Assembly (NCBI GenBank): GCA_041937175.2
Contig: CP166615.1
Span: 448,001-512,000, forward strand
From: Limnothrix sp. BL-A-16
Lineage (GTDB): Bacteria; Cyanobacteriota; Cyanobacteriia; CACIAM-69d
Direction: 5' to 3'
DNA: 64,000 bases
Under the pieces are notes generated by a model that ran no database searches, was not told where the DNA came from, and saw only the letters and a program-made list of their open reading frames with translations. Shown in pieces: positions 26,401 through 36,338 of this stretch. Positions within the stretch are counted from its first letter, which is position 1. The number at the start of each line of letters is the position of its first letter. A program made the translations under genes and the position numbers.

Positions 26401-26751
26401 CTACTGAACCACCAATTTCACATTGGCATTTTGCAGCCCAGGACGCTTCACCTCCGCCAGCGTCTTATTCACCGCATATTTTTGGTTGATCGAATTGATC
26501 AACTCCGTTTGGTTGTGCTTCTTTGCCACACCCCACAGATCCGCAATCAGATCGTAGGAGCCGTCAGCATTGCGCGACCAGCCCAGGTCATATTCCCCTT
26601 CCAGGATCGCCACCAGGTCAGCGCGAACCCGTTGGCCGTTATAGCCACGCACATCGGCGCTGGTTTTGGTTTGAATGCCCAGGTCGCACAGGGATTGGCG
26701 CAGGATTTCCACATCAGTAATCTTGGTGCGCAGGGTGCTGAAGTGAGACAT
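26401..26751 (-). CDS. ycf35: DUF1257 / Ycf35 family protein
   Basis: MSHFSTLRTKITD, VRGYNGQ, YDLIADLW, INQKYAV. Confidence 0.9.
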   Translation of the reverse strand: MSHFSTLRTKITDVEILRQSLCDLGIQTKTSADVRGYNGQRVRADLVAILEGEYDLGWSRNADGSYDLIADLWGVAKKHNQTELINSINQKYAVNKTLAEVKRPGLQNANVKLVVQ

Positions 26752-26938
26752 GAGGGTTTCCTCCTGTGGATGGAAATTGCGTGAACGACAACAACTAGGG
26801 GTTCAATGGCAAGCACGAAGTTGGGAGGCTTCGATGCTTGGTTTCAATGCGCTAGCCAACCGGGATTCCAAATGCTGAACGGGTTGGAACTGGGGGGCTA
26901 GCCCTCCTCCCGTTGGGAGACGGGAGAAAGCTTGGATT

Positions 26939-28450
26939 TCACCACTCCTGGCGGATGTAGTCCGCGACAGCAGCGGCGGCAGGACGGGCGCGCTGGCGGG
27001 CCCAGTCGCGTAATGCCGTTACCTGCTCGGTCATGGTTCTCGACAGCGGCAGGGTTGCCTTGATCGCTGCGATGATGTCGAGTTGGGTAAACTCGCGATC
27101 TTGGGCAAAGGCTTCGTACATGGCCGCGAAGATGGCCTGTTCGATTTCTGCGCCGGAGAAACCATCGGAAACTTTGGCGAGCTGATCCAAATCAAAGCGG
27201 GAGATTTCAGAGCGCCGCTTTTCAAGGTGGATTTGGAAGATTTCGCTCCGTTCGTCCTGGGTGGGCAAATCGACGAAGAAGATTTCGTCAAACCGGCCTT
27301 TGCGCAGGAACTCGCCGGGGAGTCGATCGACCCGGTTGGCCGTCGCCATTACGAACACCGGGGACGTTTTTTCCTGCATCCAGGTGAGAAAGGAGCCAAA
27401 GATGCGGCTGGAGGTTCCTCCATCGGAGTCGGCGGAACCGGCGGAACCGGCGAAGGCCTTGTCCAGTTCATCAATGAACAGGATGACGGGGGAAATCGAC
27501 TCGGCGGTTTTGAGCACCATCCGCAGGTTCTTTTCCGATCGCCCCACGGTGGAGCCGTCGTAGATGCGCCCCATATCCAAGCGCAGCAGGGGCAAACCCC
27601 ACAGCCGGGAGGTGGTTTTGGCAATCAGAGACTTACCGCAACCGGGCACACCCAAAATCAGCATTCCCTTCGGTTGGGGCAAGCCGTATTCCCGGGCCCG
27701 CTCGGTGAAGGCGTTGGAGCGTTGGGTGAGCCACCGTTTCAGCTCTTCGAGACCGCCGACCGATTCGATCGTCTCGTCTTCGTCCATGTATTCCAAAATG
27801 CCGTTGCGACGAATCAACTGCTGCTTTTCGGACAGGACAATTTCGACTTCCGATTCGGTGAGCTTGCCGGTGCTCACATGGGCTTTGCGGTAGACCTTTT
27901 CGGCTTCGTCACGGGTGAGACCGAGGGCTGCTTTGAGCAGTTTCTCACGGGCGATCGGGCTGAGAGGGCGCGATCGGGTCTCTTCGAGTTGTTCACCCAA
28001 CACCTGATCCAGTTCGTTCAGGGTGGGCAAGGGGAAATCCAACACCACGACTTCTTTTTCAAGTTCGATCGGAATTTCCTGAACCGGCGACATCAACACG
28101 ATCGTTTTTTGCATCCCCTTGAATTGGGCGATCGCGTCTCGCAGCCAGCGCTTCACCCCCGGTGAGTCGATGTAGGGATGGAAGTCTTTGAGGATGTAGA
28201 TGCCGGGGTCGCGTTGGCGCACAATCCACTCGATCGCGGCTTCCGGCGAAACGGTGTTGTGTTGCGTCACCGTGCGGGGTTGACCATATTCCACCACCCC
28301 ATGGGTCACCGTCCAAACAAACAGGCGGCGGGGTTGCGTTTTGGATTGGGCAAGGCGGGCGATCGCCTGTTCAGCGCGTTCCTCTTCATAGGTTAGGAGG
28401 TAAACCAGCGGATATTGCGCTCTGACCAGGACGCTTAGTTGCTCTTGCAT
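26939..28450 (-). CDS. ycf46: Ycf46-family AAA+ ATPase
   Basis: Walker A GVPGCGKS, Walker B ILFIDELDK, LPGEFLRKGRFDEIFFVDLP. Confidence 0.92.
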   Translation of the reverse strand: MQEQLSVLVRAQYPLVYLLTYEEERAEQAIARLAQSKTQPRRLFVWTVTHGVVEYGQPRTVTQHNTVSPEAAIEWIVRQRDPGIYILKDFHPYIDSPGVKRWLRDAIAQFKGMQKTIVLMSPVQEIPIELEKEVVVLDFPLPTLNELDQVLGEQLEETRSRPLSPIAREKLLKAALGLTRDEAEKVYRKAHVSTGKLTESEVEIVLSEKQQLIRRNGILEYMDEDETIESVGGLEELKRWLTQRSNAFTERAREYGLPQPKGMLILGVPGCGKSLIAKTTSRLWGLPLLRLDMGRIYDGSTVGRSEKNLRMVLKTAESISPVILFIDELDKAFAGSAGSADSDGGTSSRIFGSFLTWMQEKTSPVFVMATANRVDRLPGEFLRKGRFDEIFFVDLPTQDERSEIFQIHLEKRRSEISRFDLDQLAKVSDGFSGAEIEQAIFAAMYEAFAQDREFTQLDIIAAIKATLPLSRTMTEQVTALRDWARQRARPAAAAVADYIRQEW

Positions 28451-28628
28451 AACCCTCGACCCATTCCGCTTGAGTTGGACATGCGATGGACTAGCTTAGA
28501 GACTGAAAATTGCTCTTTATCTAGCCCAACGTGATTAGCCAAAGTGATTAGTAAGTATCTAGCGAGTCCTGAGCGAAATCCTTAAGGGGCTAACCCGCAA
28601 CCGGCACTGAAGCCATTTGGCAGTTGCT

Positions 28629-29027
28629 TCAGCAAGGTACAAGGTTTTCGCTGTTGGAATCGTCCGTGTCGCCACTGGGAGCTTCCTCCTCGGCGGACTC
28701 CGGAGCACCAGCCCGAACCGTCAAGGCCCGTTCGATCGACAGCGTATCTTCGGCAAGAATGCCAGGCTGGCTTCCAAGACCAACCAATTCACCGTCACGC
28801 AGGACTGTGGAGGTTTGACAGACAGGGCAGCTATAGACCCGGTGGGTACGCCCGTAGGGTTCGCTGTGCTCGTCAATGACCTCAGGATGTTCGAGGTAAA
28901 AGGCCACGGCCCGTTCGACAATTGCGGACATCGGTTCCGACTCAACTGCCGCCCGGATTTTGAGTTGACGATGCAACTGTTGGGGGAAGTAGAGCGTGAC
29001 TTTTTGCTTGTCCTGTTTGTCTTGCAT
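28629..29027 (-). CDS. Conserved cyanobacterial protein with N-terminal ribbon-helix-helix-like domain and CxxC motif (first gene of ycf46 operon)
   Basis: KQKVTLYFPQQLHRQLKIRAA..EPMSAIVERAV resembles an RHH fold; THRVYSCPVC. Confidence 0.8.
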   Translation of the reverse strand: MQDKQDKQKVTLYFPQQLHRQLKIRAAVESEPMSAIVERAVAFYLEHPEVIDEHSEPYGRTHRVYSCPVCQTSTVLRDGELVGLGSQPGILAEDTLSIERALTVRAGAPESAEEEAPSGDTDDSNSENLVPC

Positions 29028-29061
29028 ATAACTACAAATGAATTACCCGGGTATGAATGTT

Positions 29062-29114
29062 AAGGTATCGGGGCAACGCTAGTCTGTCAAGACAGAAAGC
29101 CGTCTTGCTGTCTT
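29062..29114 (-). promoter_or_regulatory. Sigma70-type promoter with overlapping operator repeats
   Basis: Minus strand TTGACA (29090-29085), 17-nt spacer, TACCTT (29067-29062); AAGAC(A/G)G repeats overlap and precede the -35. Confidence 0.7.
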
Positions 29115-29302
29115 TTTCGCAATCTTTCTTTACAAAAGATCCCGACCTTCACGGCTCAGTTCATGGCGCGAAAACGGGTTAATCGGTGATTGGGTGGAAC
29201 TTTGAGGGCGATCGGCTGCGATACACTCAGCAAGGGATCAGTCAACAGCCATGTGATCGATGATTGACTTTCCCCTACCCACCCGATCGAGGAGTTAGCA
29301 CC

Positions 29303-29791
29303 ATGCTCGATGAACAAGCCAAAAAGACCATGCTCCGGAAAATTCCCCACGGCATCTATGTCTGTGGTGTGCGAGATCAGGCGGGCGAAGATGTGAACGC
29401 CTTTACGGCTAGTTGGGTCATGCAAGGCTCGTTTAAGCCGCCGTTGGTGGTGAACTGTGTGAATCGGGAATCTGGTTCCCACGCCATGATTGAAGCGAGC
29501 GGCGTGTTTGCGCTGACGGTGTTGGAAGCGGGCCAAAAGGATTTGGCGGCTCAATTTTTCAAGCCCCGTCGCCGGGTGGGCAACAAGTTTGAAGACATCG
29601 AGTTCTATTTGGGCGAGGCCACGGGCTGTCCAATTTTGCCGGACTCACTGGGCTATGTGGAATGCAAGGTGGTTGGCTCGATCGCCCATGGTGATCACAC
29701 GGTTTTTGTGGGCGAGGTGATTGGCGCAGGCATCCACCGGGAAGGAGAAGCGCTGACCCTGGAAAGCACCGGCTGGAACTACGGCGGCTAG
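29303..29791 (+). CDS. Flavin reductase family protein
   Basis: LRKIPHGIYV, ASWVMQGSFKPP, GDHTVFVGEV. Confidence 0.9.
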   Translation: MLDEQAKKTMLRKIPHGIYVCGVRDQAGEDVNAFTASWVMQGSFKPPLVVNCVNRESGSHAMIEASGVFALTVLEAGQKDLAAQFFKPRRRVGNKFEDIEFYLGEATGCPILPDSLGYVECKVVGSIAHGDHTVFVGEVIGAGIHREGEALTLESTGWNYGG

Positions 29792-29881
29792 GTATGGCTG
29801 GGTTGACTCCCTGGCTGAAATTGGCTGGTTTGGTCAGCTTGTTTCAGTTGGCCCGTTGTAGTTGACCCATGGATTTTGCCC

Positions 29882-32251
29882 ATGGATATTGAAGCGGCTT
29901 GGCAATTTTCGATCGAACCGCCCCCGGCGGACTGGGTGGCGGCGGTGCGATCAATTCTTGATCGCCTGGATCCGGTGAAGGTAGACAACCCAAAGGCGGC
30001 GGATCCGAAAAGCGGTCGTTCACCGCAAGGCGATCGGGCCCAGTGGCTGGCCCAAGTGTTGTGGGAACGGGGTTGGCGTGATCCAAGCACCTTAGCCGGG
30101 TGGCTCTCGGCGGCGTACTATCAACCCACGGGGCCAGAGGGGTTTGGCTCCGAAATGGCCAAGGCGATCGCGCGGCTGGTGTTGGCCCATGAACGGGGCG
30201 ATCGGGTGGCCATTTGGGGGGATTTTGATGCGGATGGCGTGACGGCCACGGCGGTGCTGTGGGATGGGTTGGGGCAGTTTTTTCCCCAGGGCGATCGGCT
30301 CACTTACTTTGTGCCCGATCGCCTCAAAGAGTCCCATGGCCTATCCCGATCGGGTCTGGAGTCCCTGGCGGCGGCCGGTTGGCAACTGATCGTGACCTGC
30401 GATACGGGCAGCACCAACCTGGCGGAGTTGGCGATCGCGCGGGATTTGGGCTTGGAAGTGATTGTGACCGATCACCACAGCTTGCCCGACCAACGGCCGG
30501 ATTTGGTAGCGTTGGTGAACCCCCGCACCCTCCCGGCCGATTCGCCCTTGGCCAGCCTTTCCGGCGTGGCGGTGGCTTACAAATTGGTAGAAGCCCTTTA
30601 CCAAGCCTTGCCCAGGGTTCCCCAACAGCCCCTCGCGGCCCTGCTGGATCTGGTGGCGATCGGGCTAATTGCGGATTTGGTGGAACTGCGGGGGGATGCT
30701 CGGTACTTGGCCCAAGTGGGGTTGCAGCATCTCCAAAAAACCGATCGCCCCGGATTGCAACTGCTGCTGGAGCGATGCAAGAAAACGGGCGATCGCCCCT
30801 CCGATATTGCCTTTGGCCTGGGCCCGCGCATCAATGCCGCCAGTCGCATCTATGGCGATGCTCACTTTTGCATTGAACTGCTAACCAGTCGCGATCGCGA
30901 TCGGTGTCGCCAATTAGCTGACCAAGTGGAAGCGGCCAACAGTCGCCGCAAAGCCCTGCAAAATGACGTGCTCTGGCGGGCCCGATCGCGCCTGGCCGCC
31001 GCCGATTGGTCCACCACCGCTGTGATTGTGTTGGCGGAAGCGGGTTGGCCCTTGGGTGTTTTGGGGTTAGTGGCGGGTCAACTGGTGCAGGAATTTAACC
31101 GCCCCGTGGTGTTGCTGACCCTGGAAGGCGACATGGCGAAGGGATCCGCCCGATCGCTCCCGGGCCTGGATTTTTACGAAGTCCTGAAGCAACAAACCCA
31201 TTTGCTCGATCGATTTGGGGGCCATCCCCTGGCGGCGGGGTTGGCCTTGCCGGTGGCCAATCTGGATTTGTTTACCCAAGCCCTGGAACGGGAAGTGCGT
31301 CAACGTTGCCCCGCCCGATCACCCCAGCCCATCACGGCCGATTTGACCGTAACCGTGGCAGACTTGCTGCTCGATCGGGGACGGGCCCTGTTTCAAGCCC
31401 TGAAGTGGCTGGAACCTTGCGGCATGGGGAACCCGGCCCCGCGCTTGCTGATTCGGCAAGTCCGGTTCCAAAATCTGCAAGTCCGCCGCCTGCACCTGGG
31501 ATCCCAAAAATTGCGGTATCTCTACACCCGCTTTGAAATTCAAGATGACTCGGCCACCGAACCTTTCCCGGGCATTTGGTGGGACTGTTTGCCGGAAGCC
31601 ATTCCCAAGGGATCCTGTGACTTGGTGGCGGAGTTGGATTTCAATGCCCGCGATAAGTGCTATCAATTGCGGCCCTTGGCAGTGCGCCCAGCCGATCGCC
31701 CCTTGGTGCGCGATCTCGCTGGTACGATTCCCGTTTGGGATTATCGGCAAGGGTTACCTACCGCCGACTTGCCATCGCCCGCCGAGATGTTGTGGGTTGA
31801 TCAATGCCCGACCCGTTGGGAAGACTGGCAGCAAATCGCCCGCCAAGCCCTGGACGATCAACGCCCGATCGCCCTGACTTATCAGCCGATTTTGGAACCC
31901 AGCCCCGATCGCACCTGGCAAACCCTGTTGGGGATGGCGAAATATCTGAGCCGCACTGGCCAAACTGTCGATCGAGCATTGCTCGCAGAGCGATTAGCCC
32001 TCAGCCCCCAGGCGATTGAACTCGGCCTGGATGCCCTGGCGGCGATCGGCCTGAACCCCATTGAGCAGGATGGCCACCTGAGGTTTCAACCCCAAGCTCC
32101 GGACGGCATGGAAACCGAAGCGACCAGCCGATCACGGGCGATCGCACAATTTTGGGCGATCGTCCAAGAAGAGCGCTTTCACCATCAATATTTCGCCACC
32201 ATGTCTCCAGCAGCACTCCAGGATCTGGATCCGCGCCTCCAACCTCACTAG
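29882..32251 (+). CDS. recJ: Single-stranded-DNA exonuclease RecJ with cyanobacterial C-terminal extension
   Basis: WGDFDADG, VTCDTG, VTDHH, GPRINA, KGSARS, FGGHPLAAG, EPCGMGNP. Confidence 0.95.
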   Translation: MDIEAAWQFSIEPPPADWVAAVRSILDRLDPVKVDNPKAADPKSGRSPQGDRAQWLAQVLWERGWRDPSTLAGWLSAAYYQPTGPEGFGSEMAKAIARLVLAHERGDRVAIWGDFDADGVTATAVLWDGLGQFFPQGDRLTYFVPDRLKESHGLSRSGLESLAAAGWQLIVTCDTGSTNLAELAIARDLGLEVIVTDHHSLPDQRPDLVALVNPRTLPADSPLASLSGVAVAYKLVEALYQALPRVPQQPLAALLDLVAIGLIADLVELRGDARYLAQVGLQHLQKTDRPGLQLLLERCKKTGDRPSDIAFGLGPRINAASRIYGDAHFCIELLTSRDRDRCRQLADQVEAANSRRKALQNDVLWRARSRLAAADWSTTAVIVLAEAGWPLGVLGLVAGQLVQEFNRPVVLLTLEGDMAKGSARSLPGLDFYEVLKQQTHLLDRFGGHPLAAGLALPVANLDLFTQALEREVRQRCPARSPQPITADLTVTVADLLLDRGRALFQALKWLEPCGMGNPAPRLLIRQVRFQNLQVRRLHLGSQKLRYLYTRFEIQDDSATEPFPGIWWDCLPEAIPKGSCDLVAELDFNARDKCYQLRPLAVRPADRPLVRDLAGTIPVWDYRQGLPTADLPSPAEMLWVDQCPTRWEDWQQIARQALDDQRPIALTYQPILEPSPDRTWQTLLGMAKYLSRTGQTVDRALLAERLALSPQAIELGLDALAAIGLNPIEQDGHLRFQPQAPDGMETEATSRSRAIAQFWAIVQEERFHHQYFATMSPAALQDLDPRLQPH

Positions 32252-32305
32252 ATGATAGGAGGCCATGCGATTGTGGATCTCCACAAAACTGGTAATAACT
32301 GGAAT

Positions 32306-32601
32306 CTAGAGTCCTTGCAGTAATACCTTTGTTAATCAGTAGTCTTCTTTCACAAATCAATTAAAAGTCCTCATCCTTAACCCCTTTTCTTAAGATGGGC
32401 TGATCAACGATCATCTTGTAGGTTGGGTTGAGGCACGAAACCCAACAACAGTAAGATTCGTGGTGATCGAGTTGGGCTTCGCAAAGCTCAACCTAACCTA
32501 CCGAAGAATCGGGCGCTTGTGTGTTTTGTCGGTCAATCAGCAATCTTGGAGAGAGATTTAGGATTCAGGATTTAGGATCGTGATTGGTGCAAGAGGTCTA
32601 G
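32306..32601. mobile_element. Putative decayed MITE (about 296 bp) enclosing a REP doublet
   Basis: Ends CTAGAGTCCTTGCA / TGCAAGAGGTCTAG form imperfect inverted repeats bounded by CTAG; no ORF; lies between convergent genes. Confidence 0.45.
32418..32501. repeat. Inverted pair of GTAG-type REP sequences (REPIN-like doublet)
   Basis: GTAGGTTGGGTTGAGGCACGAAACCCAAC (32418-32446) and inverted GTAGGTTAGGTTGAGCTTTGCGAAGCCCAAC (32501-32471). Confidence 0.8.
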
Positions 32602-32869
32602 TAATAACCTGGTTGACCAAGCTGTTCTAATGTCAACCAATCAAATTGAATACAGTTGTCTTAAAGTCGTTGCCTTTGAACTTGATTTTTTAAAAATCTC
32701 TGGCTTGCGAAAGCTTGAATGATCAACCAGAGAAAATGTAGTTAAAAGGCAACAACTTTTGGGATTTGGATACTGGTGCTAATGACTTGCATTCATCAAG
32801 CGTTGGCAAAATTGAAAACGAACACTTGCAAAATTTACAACGAACTTGGGTTGAAGCGGAAAGCGTGGG

Positions 32870-34135
32870 TTAGCCATCCGCAAAGCCGGAAGCAGCGTGA
32901 TGATTGGTGGAACCTAGTGCAATCATGGGTAGCCAAACGGTGAACATGCTGCCTTGCTGTAGTTCACTATCGAGTTCAATTTTGCCGTGATGCAATTGGA
33001 CGCATTGGGAAATGATGGCTAAACCCAATCCAGTGCCGGGGATGTCAGCGACGTTGGATCCTCTAGTAAATTGTTGAAAAATCCGTTCCTGATCGGCGCT
33101 GCAAATGCCGATGCCATGGTCGCGAACCTGCAAGAGTAGGAAGTTACTTTGTTGCGATAGAAAGACCTCGATCGCGCCGCCATCCGGTGAATATTTGACG
33201 GCATTGTCCAAGAGGTTATTGGTAATCAGCCGAAATAGGCGAGCATCGGCCCAAATTTGAGAATGATCTAGGCGATCGTGGATTGTGATGTGGCACAGGG
33301 CGGGTGCAATTTGTTGGCAACGATCGACCACTTCTCGAAGTAAGGCAGAGACATCTAACCAAGCGGGTTCAAACCGCAATCGGCCGGAATCAGCCTCAAT
33401 TAAGACCGTGAGATCGTTAAATTCCGAAAGGGTTTTTTCCGCTAAACAACCGATCCGCTTCAGGTAGGCTCGCTGTTGTTCGGCGGGCCAATGATCCCAA
33501 AACCGATCCATGAGTTGGGCATAGGATTGAATGGCTCCGATCGCGCTGCGGGAGTCGTGGAGGGCGATCGCGGCCAGTTGGTTGCGATCGATCAATTGCT
33601 GCTCCAACGACACCTGACAGCGCCGGGCTTCGCGATCGGCTAAGCATCGGCTGCTTACCGCATCGAGCATGGCCCGCCCTTGCTCGGGAGTCCAAGGCAA
33701 GTCCACCACGCCCCAAATGCCGCCATGGGTGAGGGCTGAAACCAACGGCGCGATCGAGGAGGGCAGGGGACGCATCACCACCACCAAAGAGGGCAGCCCC
33801 GATTGGCGATATAGCCAATCCACTAGTGCCAGCATCGGTTTCACCGTTTCCGGCATTACCAACAGCACCAACAGCTCCACCTTAGCCAGCTCACGCAGGG
33901 GTGGATCCGTTTGGGATCGCAATTGAGCTAAAGAGTCGATCGTCCAGTGATCGAACAACACATGGCCAGACTCCTGAATCAGAGATTCCCAAATCGGGCG
34001 CTCTGAAGTTTCATGGCCTCCAACCAGCGCCACAATCAGAGACTGTGACTCGGAAGGAACCGATTCGTGGTTGGAGCCGGAAGCCGTGGGTGGGCGATTG
34101 GGCACACTGGCCGAATTGGAAAAATTCATGAACAC
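32870..34135 (-). CDS. Sensor histidine kinase with degenerate N-terminal receiver-like domain
   Basis: [25 protein letters not shown] ATPase boxes; atypical H-box ALHDSRSA. Confidence 0.85.
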   Translation of the reverse strand: MFMNFSNSASVPNRPPTASGSNHESVPSESQSLIVALVGGHETSERPIWESLIQESGHVLFDHWTIDSLAQLRSQTDPPLRELAKVELLVLLVMPETVKPMLALVDWLYRQSGLPSLVVVMRPLPSSIAPLVSALTHGGIWGVVDLPWTPEQGRAMLDAVSSRCLADREARRCQVSLEQQLIDRNQLAAIALHDSRSAIGAIQSYAQLMDRFWDHWPAEQQRAYLKRIGCLAEKTLSEFNDLTVLIEADSGRLRFEPAWLDVSALLREVVDRCQQIAPALCHITIHDRLDHSQIWADARLFRLITNNLLDNAVKYSPDGGAIEVFLSQQSNFLLLQVRDHGIGICSADQERIFQQFTRGSNVADIPGTGLGLAIISQCVQLHHGKIELDSELQQGSMFTVWLPMIALGSTNHHAASGFADG

Positions 34136-34712
34136 ATGCTTAAACCTCGTCGGCGGCGATCGATGGCTGGCGATGCAACCCCATCCACCTAAACATCGAA
34201 ACTTCGCTTCCGTAAATGCCAGATTTTAATTATCAACTTGCTGGGGGGATTCAGACCAGTTGAAGCGCTGCAAAACAGTCGTGAAAATCCCGATCGCAAC
34301 GCTGGCAGAAACTCCCGCACCATTAAACAAAATGACCAATCCGGCTCTGTTTGCTTTGCACGAAGTTGGTTTGGATAGGTCGCGATTTTTCCGTTTTGAT
34401 CGCCGGCCGGTGATGTCGATCAAAACGGAAAAGTTGATGCTTGTTGCCCCTAAATTCCAATCGTACCGCCCTTAGCTCCCGTGTCACCAGGGGATTGAGC
34501 AACAGAAAGGCTAAAAATGCGCCTGAATACCAAGATCCACCACTGAGGCTGAATTTCAGGCTGAAATTCTGGAGCGGGTTGCTGGAATGGATGAAAATTG
34601 ACTGGGTATGGACTGGATCTGGATTGGATATGAATCTGGCACAACAGGCCCCAGACCCAAGCCGACCCCCATTTCAGGGGCCGGCGCAGCCGCCAGTGAT
34701 TCCAGTTTGTCT

Positions 34713-35372
34713 TTAGAAGGCTGGGGTTTGCCAAAGTTGCGTTATGTCGTATCCCAACTCCCCTAACATGCGGCGCAAGAGCGGCAGGCTGAGGCCAATT
34801 ACATTCATGTGGCAGCCTTCGATTTTCTCCACAAACAGACCGCCGCGCCCTTCGAGGGCAAAACACCCGGCGCATTGCATGGGTTCGCCCGTGGCGATGT
34901 AGGCCGCAATTTCGGCATCGGTGGGGGTTGCGAAATGAACACGGGTGGTGGCGGACTGGATCAACTCCCGATCGCTCGCCAAATCAATCAGCACATGGCC
35001 CGTGTACAGATCACCAATTTTTCCCCGCATTTGTTGCCAGCGCTCCATGGCCTCGGCGGGTGAGTCGGGTTTGCCATAGACTTCCCCATTCACCAACAGC
35101 ACGGAATCGCAACCCAAAACCACGATCGAGCTGCCCAGTTCAGGGGATCCCAACAGGGACTGCCGCAGGGCCGGTTCCTGCCGCAGCCGATTGACAATCA
35201 CCCGTGCCTTGCCCTGGGCCAGCACTTGCACCAGTTGTCCTGGATCAAAAACGGTGACGGAATCTTCATCGAAATCGCTGGGACAAACGATCGGGGGAAT
35301 GCCCGCCATCTGGAGGAGTTTGCGGCGAGCAGGAGAGGCGGAAGCTAACACCAATTGCAAGGGGTTAGGCAT
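34713..35372 (-). CDS. maf: Maf family nucleoside triphosphate pyrophosphatase
   Basis: [41 protein letters not shown]. Confidence 0.93.
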   Translation of the reverse strand: MPNPLQLVLASASPARRKLLQMAGIPPIVCPSDFDEDSVTVFDPGQLVQVLAQGKARVIVNRLRQEPALRQSLLGSPELGSSIVVLGCDSVLLVNGEVYGKPDSPAEAMERWQQMRGKIGDLYTGHVLIDLASDRELIQSATTRVHFATPTDAEIAAYIATGEPMQCAGCFALEGRGGLFVEKIEGCHMNVIGLSLPLLRRMLGELGYDITQLWQTPAF

Positions 35373-35771
35373 AGTCTTGGTCAGTTAGTAATCGAAAGGT
35401 TAGGAGATGGGGTTGACGAGGGTGAATCAGGGGTTAATCCACGGATGAGGAAGCGGCGCAAGTTCGGGTGAAAGGGTGGCGGTTGGGCTTGGTCAGGATT
35501 GCCCAGACCCTACCAAGGAAACAGGGCAACAGCCTTGCCATTGCCCTGTCTAAATGATTGACGCGGTAGTGATCGATCGGTCGTTATCCAGTTGACTGCC
35601 ATTGATTTGACTGCCATTGAGATCGATCGCCACTTCGCCACCGATATTGATCACCACTGATGATCACCATGAATGACCTGATCACCATGAAATTACTGTC
35701 AAACTGATTGCCACTGAGTATGGTCGATCGCCCGTTGGTTGTTGTTGTCGCCCCGGCTGAGTCCAAGTTGC

Positions 35772-36338
35772 CTAGTCCACGGAGAACGATCGAACGACCG
35801 TTTCAAACATGTCTTTCACCTTGTCCCAACGCCCTTCGGAGGCGGAAATGTTCAAGGTGTAGAGCTGGCCACGGCTGACGGCAACGCTGGCCAGGTTGTG
35901 GCGTTCCTGGTTAGGCAGCTTCACGGCATATTCCAGCAAGTAGTAGGTTTTGCCGTTGGCTTCTCGGGACTCGGCGTTCACCAGTTCGGCGGTGCGTCCG
36001 GAGCCGGGCGGGGCGATCGCGCTCTTGGAGAGGCGATAACCCACTTCGCTGGGGGTTCCCAAATCGGGCAGGGCTTTGCCGCTGGGAACGGGGTTGATCA
36101 CGACGCTGACGTTTTCGGTTTCTTGGATCAGGTCATGGAAGACCACATCGGGCCCGCCGGCCACTTTGACGGCCACCCACCCGATCGGGTACAGGAATCG
36201 ATAGCCTTTGGTGGCATCAATGTAGGCCTTCAAGCCGCTGGCCGGAGCGGCGCAGGCTTGCAGCGCCACCACAACCGTCAGCAACAACGCGATCGCGAGG
36301 CGTTTCCAAGTGGAGCGGTTCAGGGACGAAAATTGCAT
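35772..36338 (-). CDS. psbP: Photosystem II lipoprotein CyanoP (PsbP-like)
   Basis: Lipobox LQAC, GYRFLYPIGW, DVVFHDLI, ENVSVVI, YYLLEY. Confidence 0.9.
   Translation of the reverse strand: MQFSSLNRSTWKRLAIALLLTVVVALQACAAPASGLKAYIDATKGYRFLYPIGWVAVKVAGGPDVVFHDLIQETENVSVVINPVPSGKALPDLGTPSEVGYRLSKSAIAPPGSGRTAELVNAESREANGKTYYLLEYAVKLPNQERHNLASVAVSRGQLYTLNISASEGRWDKVKDMFETVVRSFSVD

Noticed and set aside
27083..28165. 360-aa ORF antisense to ycf46
   Set aside because: Shadow frame with no independent coding signal
34226..34716. Small ORFs and the palindrome GAATTTCAG-G-CTGAAATTC (34551-34569) between the kinase and maf
   Set aside because: ORFs lack motifs or RBS; a single palindrome is not enough to assign a function
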